A DNA stretch of 64,000 nt from an uncultured archaeon (GCA_964631415.1 CAZVZC010000001.1:4638-68637); one strand, 5' to 3'; numbered from the stretch's first letter, positions 28,701 to 37,955 are shown. Numbers and translations are program-made. Notes: generated from the sequence alone by a model not told the origin.

Positions 28701-29337
28701 CCTGTCGGTTATTCTCAACCCGTCTGAGGTAGACGCCGAAGCGCACAACATGGATGTGTGCAGACGCTATCCTGCACAATTCTTTGAGATGGCTGCTGAG
28801 GCTCGTCACCCCAAGGAAGTCGAACGTCTAGTTGACATTGTAGCATCGAGGTTGAACACTGAGAACCAGTATGAAGGATTCGGTTTCACTCATGGCACTT
28901 CTCTGATTGACGCAGGTCCGCGTAATTCAAGGTACAAGACCTTGGGCAGCATGGAGGAGAAGCTGGATGCTCAACTTCGACTGGCTGGCCTAATCGATGC
29001 AGTAGACGCAAAAGACGTTGCCGAACGTGTCATATCACATCATTTCATCCGGGACATAAGAGGAAACCTGAGGGCCTACTCTACTCAAAAGATCCAGTGT
29101 ATAAGATGCCACAGAATCTATCGCAGAGTCCCGCTCTCTGGCAAGTGTGATTGTGGCTCCAAGCTCTCGCTGACTGTCAGACGCAAGAACATCTCAAAGT
29201 ATCTTGCCATAGCTCAGAGAGTGATTGACGAGCATGGTCTCGGCCAGTACCTGAAGGACGGGCTGAGGTTAATCAACTCCGCTATGGATTCCCTCTTTCA
29301 GTCTGAGCAGACTTCTCTGGCAGACTTTGCCGACTGA
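25789..29337 (+). CDS. polC: DNA polymerase D large subunit DP2
   Basis: GPIRAAGGT, GGFRLRYGRSRN, RMGRPEK, KRRNCDGDED, Zn fingers, C-terminal PIP box QTSLADF. Confidence 0.97.
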   Translation: MSDSEPSLPKHSVSYGEYFSSLKREVERIYGVAERARAEGFDPVTRVEIPPAHDVAARVEATLDGPVGVAKRIRELQQTLSREEVAFAVAREIAIGDLGGISDREKAADKAVRVALAVMTESITAAPLEGIAKVRIRGSGEGEYLALYLAGPIRAAGGTDAAMTVLVTDQVRQVLHIPAFKTTDDEVERAVEEVELYSRASHLQYPVYPDLIRFAAARLPIMLTGEPTEEYEVSGGRDLERIETNRVRSGFVLVLSDGVVGRSAKLAKMVNKIKVPGWEWLSEIAAKTSKAKSSEADESVLKKLAPKPEYLADVIGGRPVFSHPSRIGGFRLRYGRSRNTGLAGAGISPATMFLVDEFLAPGTHIRTERPGKGAIVAPVDTIEGPIVLLRDGSVKQVNTAEDAQSLEGKVERILFLGDILIALGEFLENNHPLVPSGYCEEWWSHDLEKAYSHLSAKHVDKHLSDTGVTHDDLKGFIEFPLTKIPTPTQALRLSEQFHVPLHPRYLYRWSVLNTGEVSELREWLLSKHRIEHPPEGETLTLPNDPHYKGLLERLGVPHIVSRDKADICLTDSPETVLVQLGSRNKPLSGKDPLQMLNSVSSMLLRDKAGFFIGARMGRPEKAEARKMHPPVQVLFPVGRTTASERRLERVATSTQAVSTLSSFDDLGDGQSSYAETYGPEIEMVSRVCPKCQTLTFESRCPKCLLHTEVSRWCSQDGCGRPIDPSTGMCPLSHDVNMIRATRKYVVDIQTLLDRVKTEIGESQAYNPRGVLGLTNELKIPEYAGKGMLRAKHDVYCYRDGTARFDSTDAPLTHFTPREIGVSVERLRELGYRTDYNGNLLVSDDQIVELKVQDLVVSENCAEYLFRVGCFVDDCLEKVYRLEPFYKFETQDDILGQLVIGLAPHTSAGIIGRIIGFTDASVCYAHPYWHAAKRRNCDGDEDAVMLVLEALLNFSRAYLPAGRGGFMDAPLVLSVILNPSEVDAEAHNMDVCRRYPAQFFEMAAEARHPKEVERLVDIVASRLNTENQYEGFGFTHGTSLIDAGPRNSRYKTLGSMEEKLDAQLRLAGLIDAVDAKDVAERVISHHFIRDIRGNLRAYSTQKIQCIRCHRIYRRVPLSGKCDCGSKLSLTVRRKNISKYLAIAQRVIDEHGLGQYLKDGLRLINSAMDSLFQSEQTSLADFAD

Positions 29338-29365
29338 AACCACCCGATTGCAGAGTCCTTTCCTC

Positions 29366-30241
29366 TCACTTCTCTGCTCTTGGACTAGGAGCAAGACGTT
29401 TCGCAGCCAGTTTGAGCAGGTCTTGGTCTTCAATCATACCGACGAGAGCACCTGCAGCAGACAGAACGGGTGCCTGATCGATCTCACTCTTCCTAAGCGT
29501 CTTTACGCAGTCTGAAACAGTGGCGACTTCACTCACACTGATCAGGTTCTTGGTCATCACTTGACTGACCGGCATGTTTGGAAGCTTCAGGAGTTTCTTG
29601 GTCACGAGTAGGAAGTCCTTAGAAGTCCAGCCCCACTCCACCGAGGCTTCGGTGCCACTATAAGTCTTAGACACGTTGTCTTCATGCGTTTCTTCTGAGA
29701 GGCGGATGTAGTCGCTGACAGACATCATCCCTGTCACCCCGCCTATTTCGTTGACAATCACCACGGCAGTCTTGTGCGCCATCTCCATGATCATATATGT
29801 GAGGGGCAGCGGGGTTTCTTCCCAGATCGCAGTCACACTTCTATTCACATGGTCCGCGATACTCGCGGACTGGAAATGCTTGTCCTCCTCCAGTACTGCT
29901 CCAAGAATGTCTGGAACCGACACGATGCCAACCAAGTCACCGCTCTTCACGACAGGCACTCTTCTAAAGCCCCTATCGAGCATGAGATCGACGACTTTCT
30001 TAGCATCAGTTTCGGGCGTGACCGTGACAGGGTCTCTGACCATCAACAAGGCCAGCTGATTCTCGTCTGGTTTCCGAAGCAGGTCGTGCCTCGTAATCAT
30101 CCCTACTAGGGTCTTTGTACCCTTCTTGCAGACGGGAAAACCACTAATCTGGGTTTCAGCCATCAGCTGTAGCACATCTTCTCTCGTACCCGGCACTGTA
30201 ACGTACCGCACGTCTGATTGCATGAATTCAGATACCTTCAT
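29366..30241 (-). CDS. CBS-domain protein (four CBS repeats)
   Basis: GFPV, LVGMITRHDLL, RRVPVV, LVGMI repeats. Confidence 0.88.
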   Translation of the reverse strand: MKVSEFMQSDVRYVTVPGTREDVLQLMAETQISGFPVCKKGTKTLVGMITRHDLLRKPDENQLALLMVRDPVTVTPETDAKKVVDLMLDRGFRRVPVVKSGDLVGIVSVPDILGAVLEEDKHFQSASIADHVNRSVTAIWEETPLPLTYMIMEMAHKTAVVIVNEIGGVTGMMSVSDYIRLSEETHEDNVSKTYSGTEASVEWGWTSKDFLLVTKKLLKLPNMPVSQVMTKNLISVSEVATVSDCVKTLRKSEIDQAPVLSAAGALVGMIEDQDLLKLAAKRLAPSPRAEK

Positions 30242-30436
30242 TGTTGGAGCAACTCCGGTATGGAATAGAAGGCTGCTGGTTCCTTGCACACATGCCACAC
30301 AGACTCTTGTAGTGGCATCTGGACCGGAACAAGACTAAGGCCCGGTGTTACCTTTTATGTCTATCTTTTGGAGGGCGTAACAATCTGATGACTTGCATCA
30401 TGCTTCTGTGTATGTCATACCCGGTTGATACCCGTG

Positions 30437-30997
30437 CTACCAAGGATGATCCTTGAGGCCAAGAAGATAGCCAAGAGCATTACTCAGCCAGTGCACAAAG
30501 AGGGTCGTCAGTATCAACACAATGGCATATTGTGAAGCCGGGTGCAGGAATGGCGATGCTGCAATCAGGGCCAGTATTATGAAGCCCAGTTGGTCGAGTA
30601 CAGGCGACGGATTTCCACTCTTTATACCAGCTCGTCTCTTGAAGAACGATCCAAGAAGATCACCAGTCAGTGCGCCCAAGGACAGCAGGAATGCCGAAGG
30701 CAATGTCATGAACAACACGACTTCCATATCCGGCGTGACCGTCACAAACATACTGAGCAAGGGGCGCAAGTATGGTGCGACAAGGGTCTGAGCCGCACCC
30801 ACCAGAGTGCCACAGATGACACCTAGTACAAAACCTCTAACGGTCTTGCTATTGCCAAAGAGCCTGTGCCCATCTCGTAGGACAAGCCCCCGGTCTATTG
30901 GCATACCTCCACCAAGGATGACAGGTGTGGAGTTCGCCACCCAAGCAGGTAGGCCCAACCATACAGCGAGTTCGAGAAGAGCCAGTGCTTCATACAT
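30437..30997 (-). CDS. carS: CDP-archaeol synthase
   Basis: PAWVANSTPV, PID, GNSKT, GDLLGSFFKRR, LDQL. Confidence 0.92.
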   Translation of the reverse strand: MYEALALLELAVWLGLPAWVANSTPVILGGGMPIDRGLVLRDGHRLFGNSKTVRGFVLGVICGTLVGAAQTLVAPYLRPLLSMFVTVTPDMEVVLFMTLPSAFLLSLGALTGDLLGSFFKRRAGIKSGNPSPVLDQLGFIILALIAASPFLHPASQYAIVLILTTLFVHWLSNALGYLLGLKDHPW

Positions 30998-31739
30998 CTG
31001 GGGTGTTTCCTTCCTCCGCCCTCTCCTCAGCCCATTTACCTGTTTCTACAGGCTCGGGAGTTGAAGAGAAACCTCTTCGAGTAAGGTACAGCACAGCCGT
31101 TCTTCTATCACCTTCAGGTCTTGTCCTTTCAATCACTCTCTGCGCCCGAGATTGTCCTATGTTCATCTGCACTACATAGTCCGCCCAGTAGTCCAAGATG
31201 TTCTTAGCCACAGGCTCGAAGGTACTGTAGTCACCTGGCACACCCCGTACTTGGTTGAGAACCAAGACTGCCATGTCACCCAGTCTTGCAAGTCCCTTCA
31301 AAAAGCCTGTCTGTCTATTCAATTCCCGATGAGCGACATAGTTGGTGGCCTTGTCCTCTAGCACAGCCCTATACAATCGAGTGATGGTGTCAACTACCAC
31401 GAGTCTGGTTCCCTCTCTTGCATAGAGCTCAAGATCATCTATTATCGCGCCTTGTTCATCAAAGTTCTTTGGTATGAGAATCCTGAGCATGTCCTCAATC
31501 TGGCGGAACTCCTTGTCAGCAATCTGTTCAAGTCTCTCTATTGGCGAAGAACTCTCTGAGTTGACATACACGGTCCGAACGCCAATTCTGCATGCGGAGT
31601 TCACAAACTGAAGGCCTAGAGTGGTCTTGCCAGAGGCGGCCTCACCATATACATGTGTAATCGTTCCTGTATGCAGGCCGCCGTCTAGGACTCGGTCGAG
31701 GGACAAAACGCCTGAAGGAATAGTAAGTCCGCGTTTCAC
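30990..31739 (-). CDS. radB: RadB-like RecA-family ATPase
   Basis: LDRVLDGG, YGEAASGKT, LVVVD, LNQV; no RadA N-terminal domain. Confidence 0.85.
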   Translation of the reverse strand: MKRGLTIPSGVLSLDRVLDGGLHTGTITHVYGEAASGKTTLGLQFVNSACRIGVRTVYVNSESSSPIERLEQIADKEFRQIEDMLRILIPKNFDEQGAIIDDLELYAREGTRLVVVDTITRLYRAVLEDKATNYVAHRELNRQTGFLKGLARLGDMAVLVLNQVRGVPGDYSTFEPVAKNILDYWADYVVQMNIGQSRAQRVIERTRPEGDRRTAVLYLTRRGFSSTPEPVETGKWAEERAEEGNTPDV

Positions 31740-31793
31740 TACTATTGTTTCGCACCAGATGAGTCATAAGCATAACGGGGGAATGGCTGACCA

Positions 31794-32564
31794 ATGGCTC
31801 AGAATGAGATTGCCATCGCGACTCGTGACCCAAGGGCCCTCTATCACGCTGTGAAGATACTCAGGGGGCTCAAGATTGGCTTCACAGTATGCGCTCCTAA
31901 TGACTTCGAGTGCGATATCGCAAGAGTCCTCATAACAACCGAGGCTGAGGAACCACAGAACAAAGATGAGCGGACTGTTCTTGTTGGGACTGATCCAGAC
32001 CCGGACTCAGTGACAATCGATATCATGGTCCGGCTTCTCGAAATCTATAATCCCGCATGTATCGTCATCGGTGTCGATCCTGGTATGCGATTCGGACTGG
32101 CATTAGTGATTGACGGGAAGTCCGTACACACGAGAAGCTCCTCCTCACCAATCGATGCTGTTCAACGCACTCTGAGCTGGATTGACCATGTGAAGCGACT
32201 ATACCACGACAGTGTGATCATAGTCAGGGTCGGAACTGGCTCTCCTCTCTACTCTGCACTCTATCTGCGCGGAATCTTCAGTAGAGGCAACGTGGCTATG
32301 GTGGAACTCGTGAATGAACAACACACGACATTCGCTGGTTCGCTACATTCCGACCAGTCTTCTGCATCCATGATTGCAGCTCGTCACGGACGTACTCCCA
32401 GTGAATCGGATGTCACGCTTGAGCCAAAGGATGGTCATGTGAGGTCCTTGAAGCGGCTTGTCGCCCGAATCACTGATGGCAGACGGTCATTGACAACAGA
32501 AGAGGCGCAGTCTGTCCTTGTCGGGACGTCGTCACTTGAGAGCATCATAAACGGAGTCGCCTAG
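31794..32564 (+). CDS. RNase H-like (YqgF/RuvC-type) fold protein
   Basis: IVIGVDPGMRFGLAL, RVGTG, VNEQHTT, SDQSSA. Confidence 0.65.
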   Translation: MAQNEIAIATRDPRALYHAVKILRGLKIGFTVCAPNDFECDIARVLITTEAEEPQNKDERTVLVGTDPDPDSVTIDIMVRLLEIYNPACIVIGVDPGMRFGLALVIDGKSVHTRSSSSPIDAVQRTLSWIDHVKRLYHDSVIIVRVGTGSPLYSALYLRGIFSRGNVAMVELVNEQHTTFAGSLHSDQSSASMIAARHGRTPSESDVTLEPKDGHVRSLKRLVARITDGRRSLTTEEAQSVLVGTSSLESIINGVA

Positions 32565-34489
32565 TTTGAGAAGAAGGCTGCCACTTGCTCCCCTACCGCA
32601 GAGGGGTCGTCCGGCATTGTTCTTGTCACTTCGTCCAACCATGACGGCATGAACCTGCGAAGGTAGGGTGTCGCAAAGCGCTTGTCCAAGAACACAATCG
32701 CACCTCGGTCAGACGGTCTTCGAACAGGTCTACCGGCCGCTTGGATAGCCCTTGTCATTGAGGGCAGGACGTAAGCGTACTGTCTCCCTCTGCCGTTGAA
32801 GCGTCTGTCAAAGTACTCTATCAGTGCTTCAGTGCGGGGCGTCGGTTTTGCATAGGGGACTCCAACAACCACGACACTCTCCATGGCAGGACCGGGGAAA
32901 TCCCCCCCTTCAGAGTTGCGGCCACCCTGTACACCGAGAAGGACAGCTCCCCCTTTGTCACCTCTGCTCTTGAAATCCTCAATCATTGTGTCGTTCTCAC
33001 TAGTCTTCATTCCCTGCTTCTCAACAAACAGTCTTCTCTTCAGCTTCTTCTCAAGACCCGCTTTGAGCAGTGACTCGGCCACGGAGTAGCTCGATGCAAA
33101 AACCCCCGTGTTGCCTGGTGTAGCATTTACGACGGCTACACAATGCTCTACCATGTGCTCAAACAGTGTTTCATTCCTGCCTTCATAGGAGGTGTCCAGC
33201 CCCTCGACAATGATTCCAATCCTACTCTCGGCTCCAAAGGGGCTTTGAAAAGCGACCTTTACAGTTTCGGGTCCAAGACCTAGCATGTCAGTGTATGCAT
33301 CGAGGGGCGACAATGTGCCTGAAACCGCAACAGAGCTATGAACAAGCTTCAGTATAGGAGTAGTGACACTGGTTGGGTCAAGAGCCAAGAGGTCAAGCGA
33401 AACTCTCCTGCTATCCCCTGTGCCCCGTTCTGAAGCCATTATGAAGGCATAGTCGTCACGTTCAGCATACCGCACCCATTTGCCGAGGAACTCTGCCACC
33501 CGGTGAATTGCTGAACGAGGGAGCTTCCCGGCTCTCAACAGCCCCTTCTTGATCTTCAATCCGGTTTCAGCCATATGAGAGATGATTTGAGTTTCACCAG
33601 TCAGCTCCGATGCCTCTACTGCGGCACTGTAGATGTCTAGAGGTTTGATGATTCTCTCCTCGTTCTCTTCCATCCCGCTGGATATCTCAAGAATGACCTT
33701 TGCCAGCCCGCGACAGAAAACTCTTGAAACAGAGTCGCTGTACGTTTCGGCCTCCTTCATTGCCTGTCTTGCTGTACCGACAGGAAGTGAGTCACTTGCC
33801 GAGTCGAGTGCCGTGAAAGGCACATTGTGCGCTTCATCTTCAACCAAGACAACTTTCGACATCGGCACCCCAAGATCAGGCATGAACGACTCAAATATGA
33901 ATGGATCAAAGACATAGAGATATGACAGGGCCACGACATCGGCGCCCTTTGCAAGTGACTTGGCCATTTCGTATGGGCAGACTGACCATCCCTTTGCGAT
34001 CCCAATTACATCGGATGCTGTGAGAATCCTCTTGGGCATGTCCTCGAAGGGGTCGTCTGACGCAACCAGTTTCTTCATGTGTTCGTGATAGGAGCACTTC
34101 CCAGTCGCTTTGAGCTGCCCGCAGATTTCGCTCAACGGTGCCACGAAGTCCGCATTCTCAAGCACAAACTGGTTCAGGCACATGTGCTGTCGTCCTCTGA
34201 AGGAGATACCGGTCACATCTTGGCGACCGGATATTACATCGAGCTCTTCCATCACCCGGTCTAGTTGCCTGTGTGTACGAGCACAGTACAGCACTTTGGC
34301 CCTGTTCTCTTTGACCCAAGGCAGAACGCCACATAGTGTCACACATGTTTTTCCGAAGCCATTGGGCGCTTCGCAGCATATGTTCTTTCCAGCGCTGACA
34401 GAGCTCTCTATCACCTGCATCATCTCCTCCTGTCCTCTCCGTTTCTCTGGGTATGGAAAGAAACTCGTGTGGGAGAGCCTGTCGCTCAT
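32561..34489 (-). CDS. xpd: XPD/Rad3-family Fe-S helicase
   Basis: EAPNGFGKT, RTHRQ, Fe-S Cys cluster, DEAH, SGTL, SEG, GVPY, QAAGR. Confidence 0.92.
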   Translation of the reverse strand: MSDRLSHTSFFPYPEKRRGQEEMMQVIESSVSAGKNICCEAPNGFGKTCVTLCGVLPWVKENRAKVLYCARTHRQLDRVMEELDVISGRQDVTGISFRGRQHMCLNQFVLENADFVAPLSEICGQLKATGKCSYHEHMKKLVASDDPFEDMPKRILTASDVIGIAKGWSVCPYEMAKSLAKGADVVALSYLYVFDPFIFESFMPDLGVPMSKVVLVEDEAHNVPFTALDSASDSLPVGTARQAMKEAETYSDSVSRVFCRGLAKVILEISSGMEENEERIIKPLDIYSAAVEASELTGETQIISHMAETGLKIKKGLLRAGKLPRSAIHRVAEFLGKWVRYAERDDYAFIMASERGTGDSRRVSLDLLALDPTSVTTPILKLVHSSVAVSGTLSPLDAYTDMLGLGPETVKVAFQSPFGAESRIGIIVEGLDTSYEGRNETLFEHMVEHCVAVVNATPGNTGVFASSYSVAESLLKAGLEKKLKRRLFVEKQGMKTSENDTMIEDFKSRGDKGGAVLLGVQGGRNSEGGDFPGPAMESVVVVGVPYAKPTPRTEALIEYFDRRFNGRGRQYAYVLPSMTRAIQAAGRPVRRPSDRGAIVFLDKRFATPYLRRFMPSWLDEVTRTMPDDPSAVGEQVAAFFSN

Positions 34490-34630
34490 GGGAATCGGGT
34501 TCCAGTGATTGGCCGACGACTGATAATGATGTTGTTTTGCTGTTGCCAGAAGCCCGGCAGAGGAGCTGTATTGGGAGCCATTCGGCATTGATTTATCGTT
34601 GACAGGCCGTCCATCTAGTCGGGACTACGA

Positions 34631-34975
34631 ATGGAATCAGGTGAGATTCAGGACTTTGAGAGCGAAACAGAGCGAGTTCGATTGAGATTACGCGTCATGC
34701 GTCTTGAGAATGGGCTCCTCATTCTGATCTCAGACTCAGAGAGGTTTCGCTTGGGTCTCTCGGCTGTGGCAATTCCGGCAGGGTCCGGTCGACAGGAACC
34801 TAGTTCCACAGGGTTCTTGTCCGTCGGAGAAGACGTAGTACAGGTGCGCATCCTAGCTGAGACTGTTGCAAAACGTACAGGCCAAATGTGCATGGTGGTA
34901 GCCGCAGTCAAGGAGCTAAACCGTACACTCATGATGGACATCACTAGGACTCTGAGGGAGCATGTCCCGAAGTGA
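34631..34975 (+). CDS. Proteasome assembly chaperone 4 (PAC4/PSMG4)-like protein
   Basis: RVMRLENGLLILI...LGLSAVAIP...SSTGFL...LAETVAKRTGQMCMV resembles the PSMG4 pattern (from memory). Confidence 0.65.
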   Translation: MESGEIQDFESETERVRLRLRVMRLENGLLILISDSERFRLGLSAVAIPAGSGRQEPSSTGFLSVGEDVVQVRILAETVAKRTGQMCMVVAAVKELNRTLMMDITRTLREHVPK

Positions 34976-35174
34976 CATAGTCAATCACATCTTGAACCCA
35001 CGTCCCGAGTCCTTCGACACGGCGTAGTGAGGCGAGGTAGTCGGCCCAATCGATTTCAAGCGCTTTCTTCCACTTGTCAAATGCAGAATATAGTCCGTCA
35101 AGGGCTTTTCGGTGATATCTACATAGCTCACTGCCATTTGCTGATTCACGACCGCAGAGCGGGCAGTCTGTCAG
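34944..35174 (-). CDS. 76-aa Zn-finger (CxxC...CxxH) protein downstream of topA, CTG start
   Basis: (L/M)TDCPLCGRES...LCRYHRKA...WKKALEIDWADYL...GTWVQDVIDY; GGAGGTGA 6 nt before CTG, which overlaps the topA stop. Confidence 0.8.
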   Translation of the reverse strand: MTDCPLCGRESANGSELCRYHRKALDGLYSAFDKWKKALEIDWADYLASLRRVEGLGTWVQDVIDYVTSGHAPSES

Positions 35175-37306
35175 ACGTCCTCACCTCCATTGGGCTGGTT
35201 CTTGGTTCTTCTCCTCGTCCTCCTCTTCTCAAGCAACTCAATGTCTTGTTGGCGGCCTGGGCATTTTGTCCAGTTCAGACAGGTTTCCCATCCTCTCTTT
35301 CCTGACAGGATCTTAATCATATGGTGACCACAATGAGGACAGGTCCTACCCAGCGGTACGAGCTTGCCTTTCTGCGGTAAAGGAAACGCGATATCACAGG
35401 TTCCCTTCTGATGGTTTGAACACCCTACAAACCTCTTTCCTGTCTTGGGTGAGTAGATTACAACTAGGACTCCGTCGGCACAACTGGGACACGGTCCTAT
35501 CTCCTGCTCTTCCCTCCAATACCTTCGCAGCCCCTTCGCCAGGGCTTGGCCTATGCTTTGCTCCTGCAATCTGAAGTTCTCTAGTAGTTTCACAAGTTCG
35601 TTCTTTGCATCCAAGAGGACTGCCCTTCTTTGTCCAATGCCTTGTTGGATTTCCTCCATCTTCAGCTCGAGTCTGCGTGTCATGTCAGCGGACAACATAT
35701 CGGGCACGTGTATTTGGAGAGCCTCGAAGGCCGCATAGCCCAATGCAGACAGTTCGAAGTGACTGCCGAGCGTATACCCCCTAGAGTTGATGGAGTCGAT
35801 GATTCCAGCACGGGTGGCTTTTGTACCTAAGTTCTCCTTCTCCAGCAGTTTCAGTAGACTGGATGGATTGAAACGAGGCGGCGGCGGTGTGTACTTCTCA
35901 TCAGCACGCACTGATGTTAGGTCGATCATGTTTCCCTCGCTAAGTGGAGGCATTGCTTTCTCATTCATAGTGGCATAGGGACTGTAGAGGCTGGTCCATC
36001 CTGCCTCAAGGACTGTCAAACCTCTCAGATAGAAGAGGTGTTCACCACATCTGATGTCGGCTATCACAACTTGCTTCACTGCAGGCTCCCCGAACAAAGC
36101 CAAGAACCTGCGCACCACCAAGTCATACACCCTTTCCTCGTTCGCTGCCAGCTTCTTTGTTGGCCGATTTCCCGTTGGGAGTATCGCAGGATGGGCTTTG
36201 TCTTCTTTCTCGCCCTGCATGGGTACTAAGCTCTTGTGCTGAAGAAGGCGCCTAACGAGGGGGGCGTATTTGCTCATCTTTCCGATGCCTTCGAGTGTTT
36301 GTCTAACGTCCAGACTCGGCGGCACTTTCTGGCTGTCAGTTCTAGGATATGTGATGAGTGCATCAAGATACAGTCCCTGTGCAATCTGCAGGGTTCGGCT
36401 TGGTCTGAGTTCGAAATGCCTGTATGCTTCTGTTTGGAGGTCACTAAGATTGAAGGGGGGCGGAGGCCTCTGTGAGGAGATTCTGCTACTGATTGAGCTC
36501 ACGCGAGCAGTTCTACCAAGGAGATCCTTCACCAAGGCATCTGCCTGTGCCTTTGTTTCAATCCTTCTATCACTGTACTCCAAGCTCACTTGCTGGCCAT
36601 CTACAACTCCGGTAGTAGACAAGGTCCAGAACGGTATCGGTACAAAGAGATTGATTTGCTGATCACGTTCCGCCACATATGCCAGAGCGGGACCTTGGAC
36701 CCTTCCTGTTGAAACTATTCTGAACAGTCCTGTCGTGTTCTTCATGGCGAGCGTCAGGGCGCGTGTGAGATTGATTCCATACAGCCAGTCCACTTCATGC
36801 CTAACACAGCCTGACTCGACCATAGGAAAGTCGAGAGTTGGCATCAGGGTCCCATAGGCTTTCTGCAATTCTGGTTTAGTCAAAGACGAAAAAACCATCC
36901 TCCGTGCTCTTGAGGGGTCGATGCCACAGACGTGTTTGACAATCAAATAGCCAATCAGACTTCCCTCGATATCATAGTCCGTGGCCACGACAAACCTGTC
37001 CGCATTCACAGAGAGACGCCTAATCAGTTCAATGACTGGTTTGGTACCTCCCGCGCTCTTTTCAACCTCGTATTTGGGTGCCCATTCCGTATCGAGTCGT
37101 GGGTATGTCCATCCTTTCTCTGTCTGCCGAAGCTCATACAGGTGTCCAAGAGCATAGACAACGGTGAGAGAATCGCCTTGGCATTTGCACTCGTAGTATG
37201 AGGCTCTTCCACTCTTGACTTCATGGAAACCATCCTGATCATCGAGAGCCTCGGCTATTCTCTTAGCCGCACTTGGTTTTTCCGAGATCACAAGGACCCG
37301 GGACAG
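35171..37306 (-). CDS. topA: Type IA DNA topoisomerase
   Basis: ISEKPS, GHL, ATDYDIEG, STGRVQ, ITYPRTDS, GTKATR, C-terminal Zn ribbons; first Toprim strand extends to CTG 37306. Confidence 0.95.
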   Translation of the reverse strand: MSRVLVISEKPSAAKRIAEALDDQDGFHEVKSGRASYYECKCQGDSLTVVYALGHLYELRQTEKGWTYPRLDTEWAPKYEVEKSAGGTKPVIELIRRLSVNADRFVVATDYDIEGSLIGYLIVKHVCGIDPSRARRMVFSSLTKPELQKAYGTLMPTLDFPMVESGCVRHEVDWLYGINLTRALTLAMKNTTGLFRIVSTGRVQGPALAYVAERDQQINLFVPIPFWTLSTTGVVDGQQVSLEYSDRRIETKAQADALVKDLLGRTARVSSISSRISSQRPPPPFNLSDLQTEAYRHFELRPSRTLQIAQGLYLDALITYPRTDSQKVPPSLDVRQTLEGIGKMSKYAPLVRRLLQHKSLVPMQGEKEDKAHPAILPTGNRPTKKLAANEERVYDLVVRRFLALFGEPAVKQVVIADIRCGEHLFYLRGLTVLEAGWTSLYSPYATMNEKAMPPLSEGNMIDLTSVRADEKYTPPPPRFNPSSLLKLLEKENLGTKATRAGIIDSINSRGYTLGSHFELSALGYAAFEALQIHVPDMLSADMTRRLELKMEEIQQGIGQRRAVLLDAKNELVKLLENFRLQEQSIGQALAKGLRRYWREEQEIGPCPSCADGVLVVIYSPKTGKRFVGCSNHQKGTCDIAFPLPQKGKLVPLGRTCPHCGHHMIKILSGKRGWETCLNWTKCPGRQQDIELLEKRRTRRRTKNQPNGGEDV

Positions 37307-37454
37307 TTCTGTTCGCCTCTGGTTCTCTCATTGCCATCGGTGTTCGTATGTTTTTAACAATGACTCCATGCCAAGACTACGCCATAGTACAGGCCTCCAT
37401 CTCACGATATTTTTAAAAGCGGACCTCCCGACCTCGCTCGTTGAGGTTTGCCTT

Positions 37455-37868
37455 TTGCCTGTATGGTGGCCGCGATTCATAATTAAGCCCCAAGTACGAC
37501 TCACGAGGCCCCGGTTTGGAATGCCCGCGCGTCCTCCTGACATAGTCCTCTTTGGAGGACTGTTGCTGGCCATCCTGTTTATTATGGGTGGCAACATATA
37601 CACGTTAGTCAAGACTCCGCCTGCGATTGCTGGTGACTCATCAGGAAACCCAATCCTTATTGCACCAGGCATTGATATTCAGCTTGGACTAGAAGGAATT
37701 GTGGCCTCGGTTGTCATTTTCATTGGAACCATTGGTATTGGTCTCGTCTATCTGTCCTCAAAGTATGTCTTCCAGCCTGGCTATGCAACACGCCTGATGG
37801 TTCTCGGTGCAATACTTGCAGGTGGCGCATTCTTAGTCATAAGCTACCTCTATGGTCTTAAGACATAG
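37455..37868 (+). CDS. OSTC/DC2-like (OST3/OST6 family) oligosaccharyltransferase subunit
   Basis: Three TMs; MGGNIYTLVKTPP...QLGLEGIVAS...IG pattern; GAGGT before TTG 37455. Confidence 0.75.
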   Translation: MPVWWPRFIIKPQVRLTRPRFGMPARPPDIVLFGGLLLAILFIMGGNIYTLVKTPPAIAGDSSGNPILIAPGIDIQLGLEGIVASVVIFIGTIGIGLVYLSSKYVFQPGYATRLMVLGAILAGGAFLVISYLYGLKT

Positions 37869-37955
37869 GGCACAAGACTTGTTTGTAGAACGTGCCATCG
37901 GTGCTCCGGTCTGACATAATACAATGAACAAGAGGAATTACCCCTCCCAAGTCAC

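Noticed and set aside
25789-29337. Possible intein in DP2 (also considered in aIF5B, Lhr, TopA)
   Set aside because: Lengths are normal and no intein splice or LAGLIDADG motifs were seen
35027-35305. 92-aa plus-strand ORF
   Set aside because: Antisense to the topA end and the CTG-start Zn-finger gene
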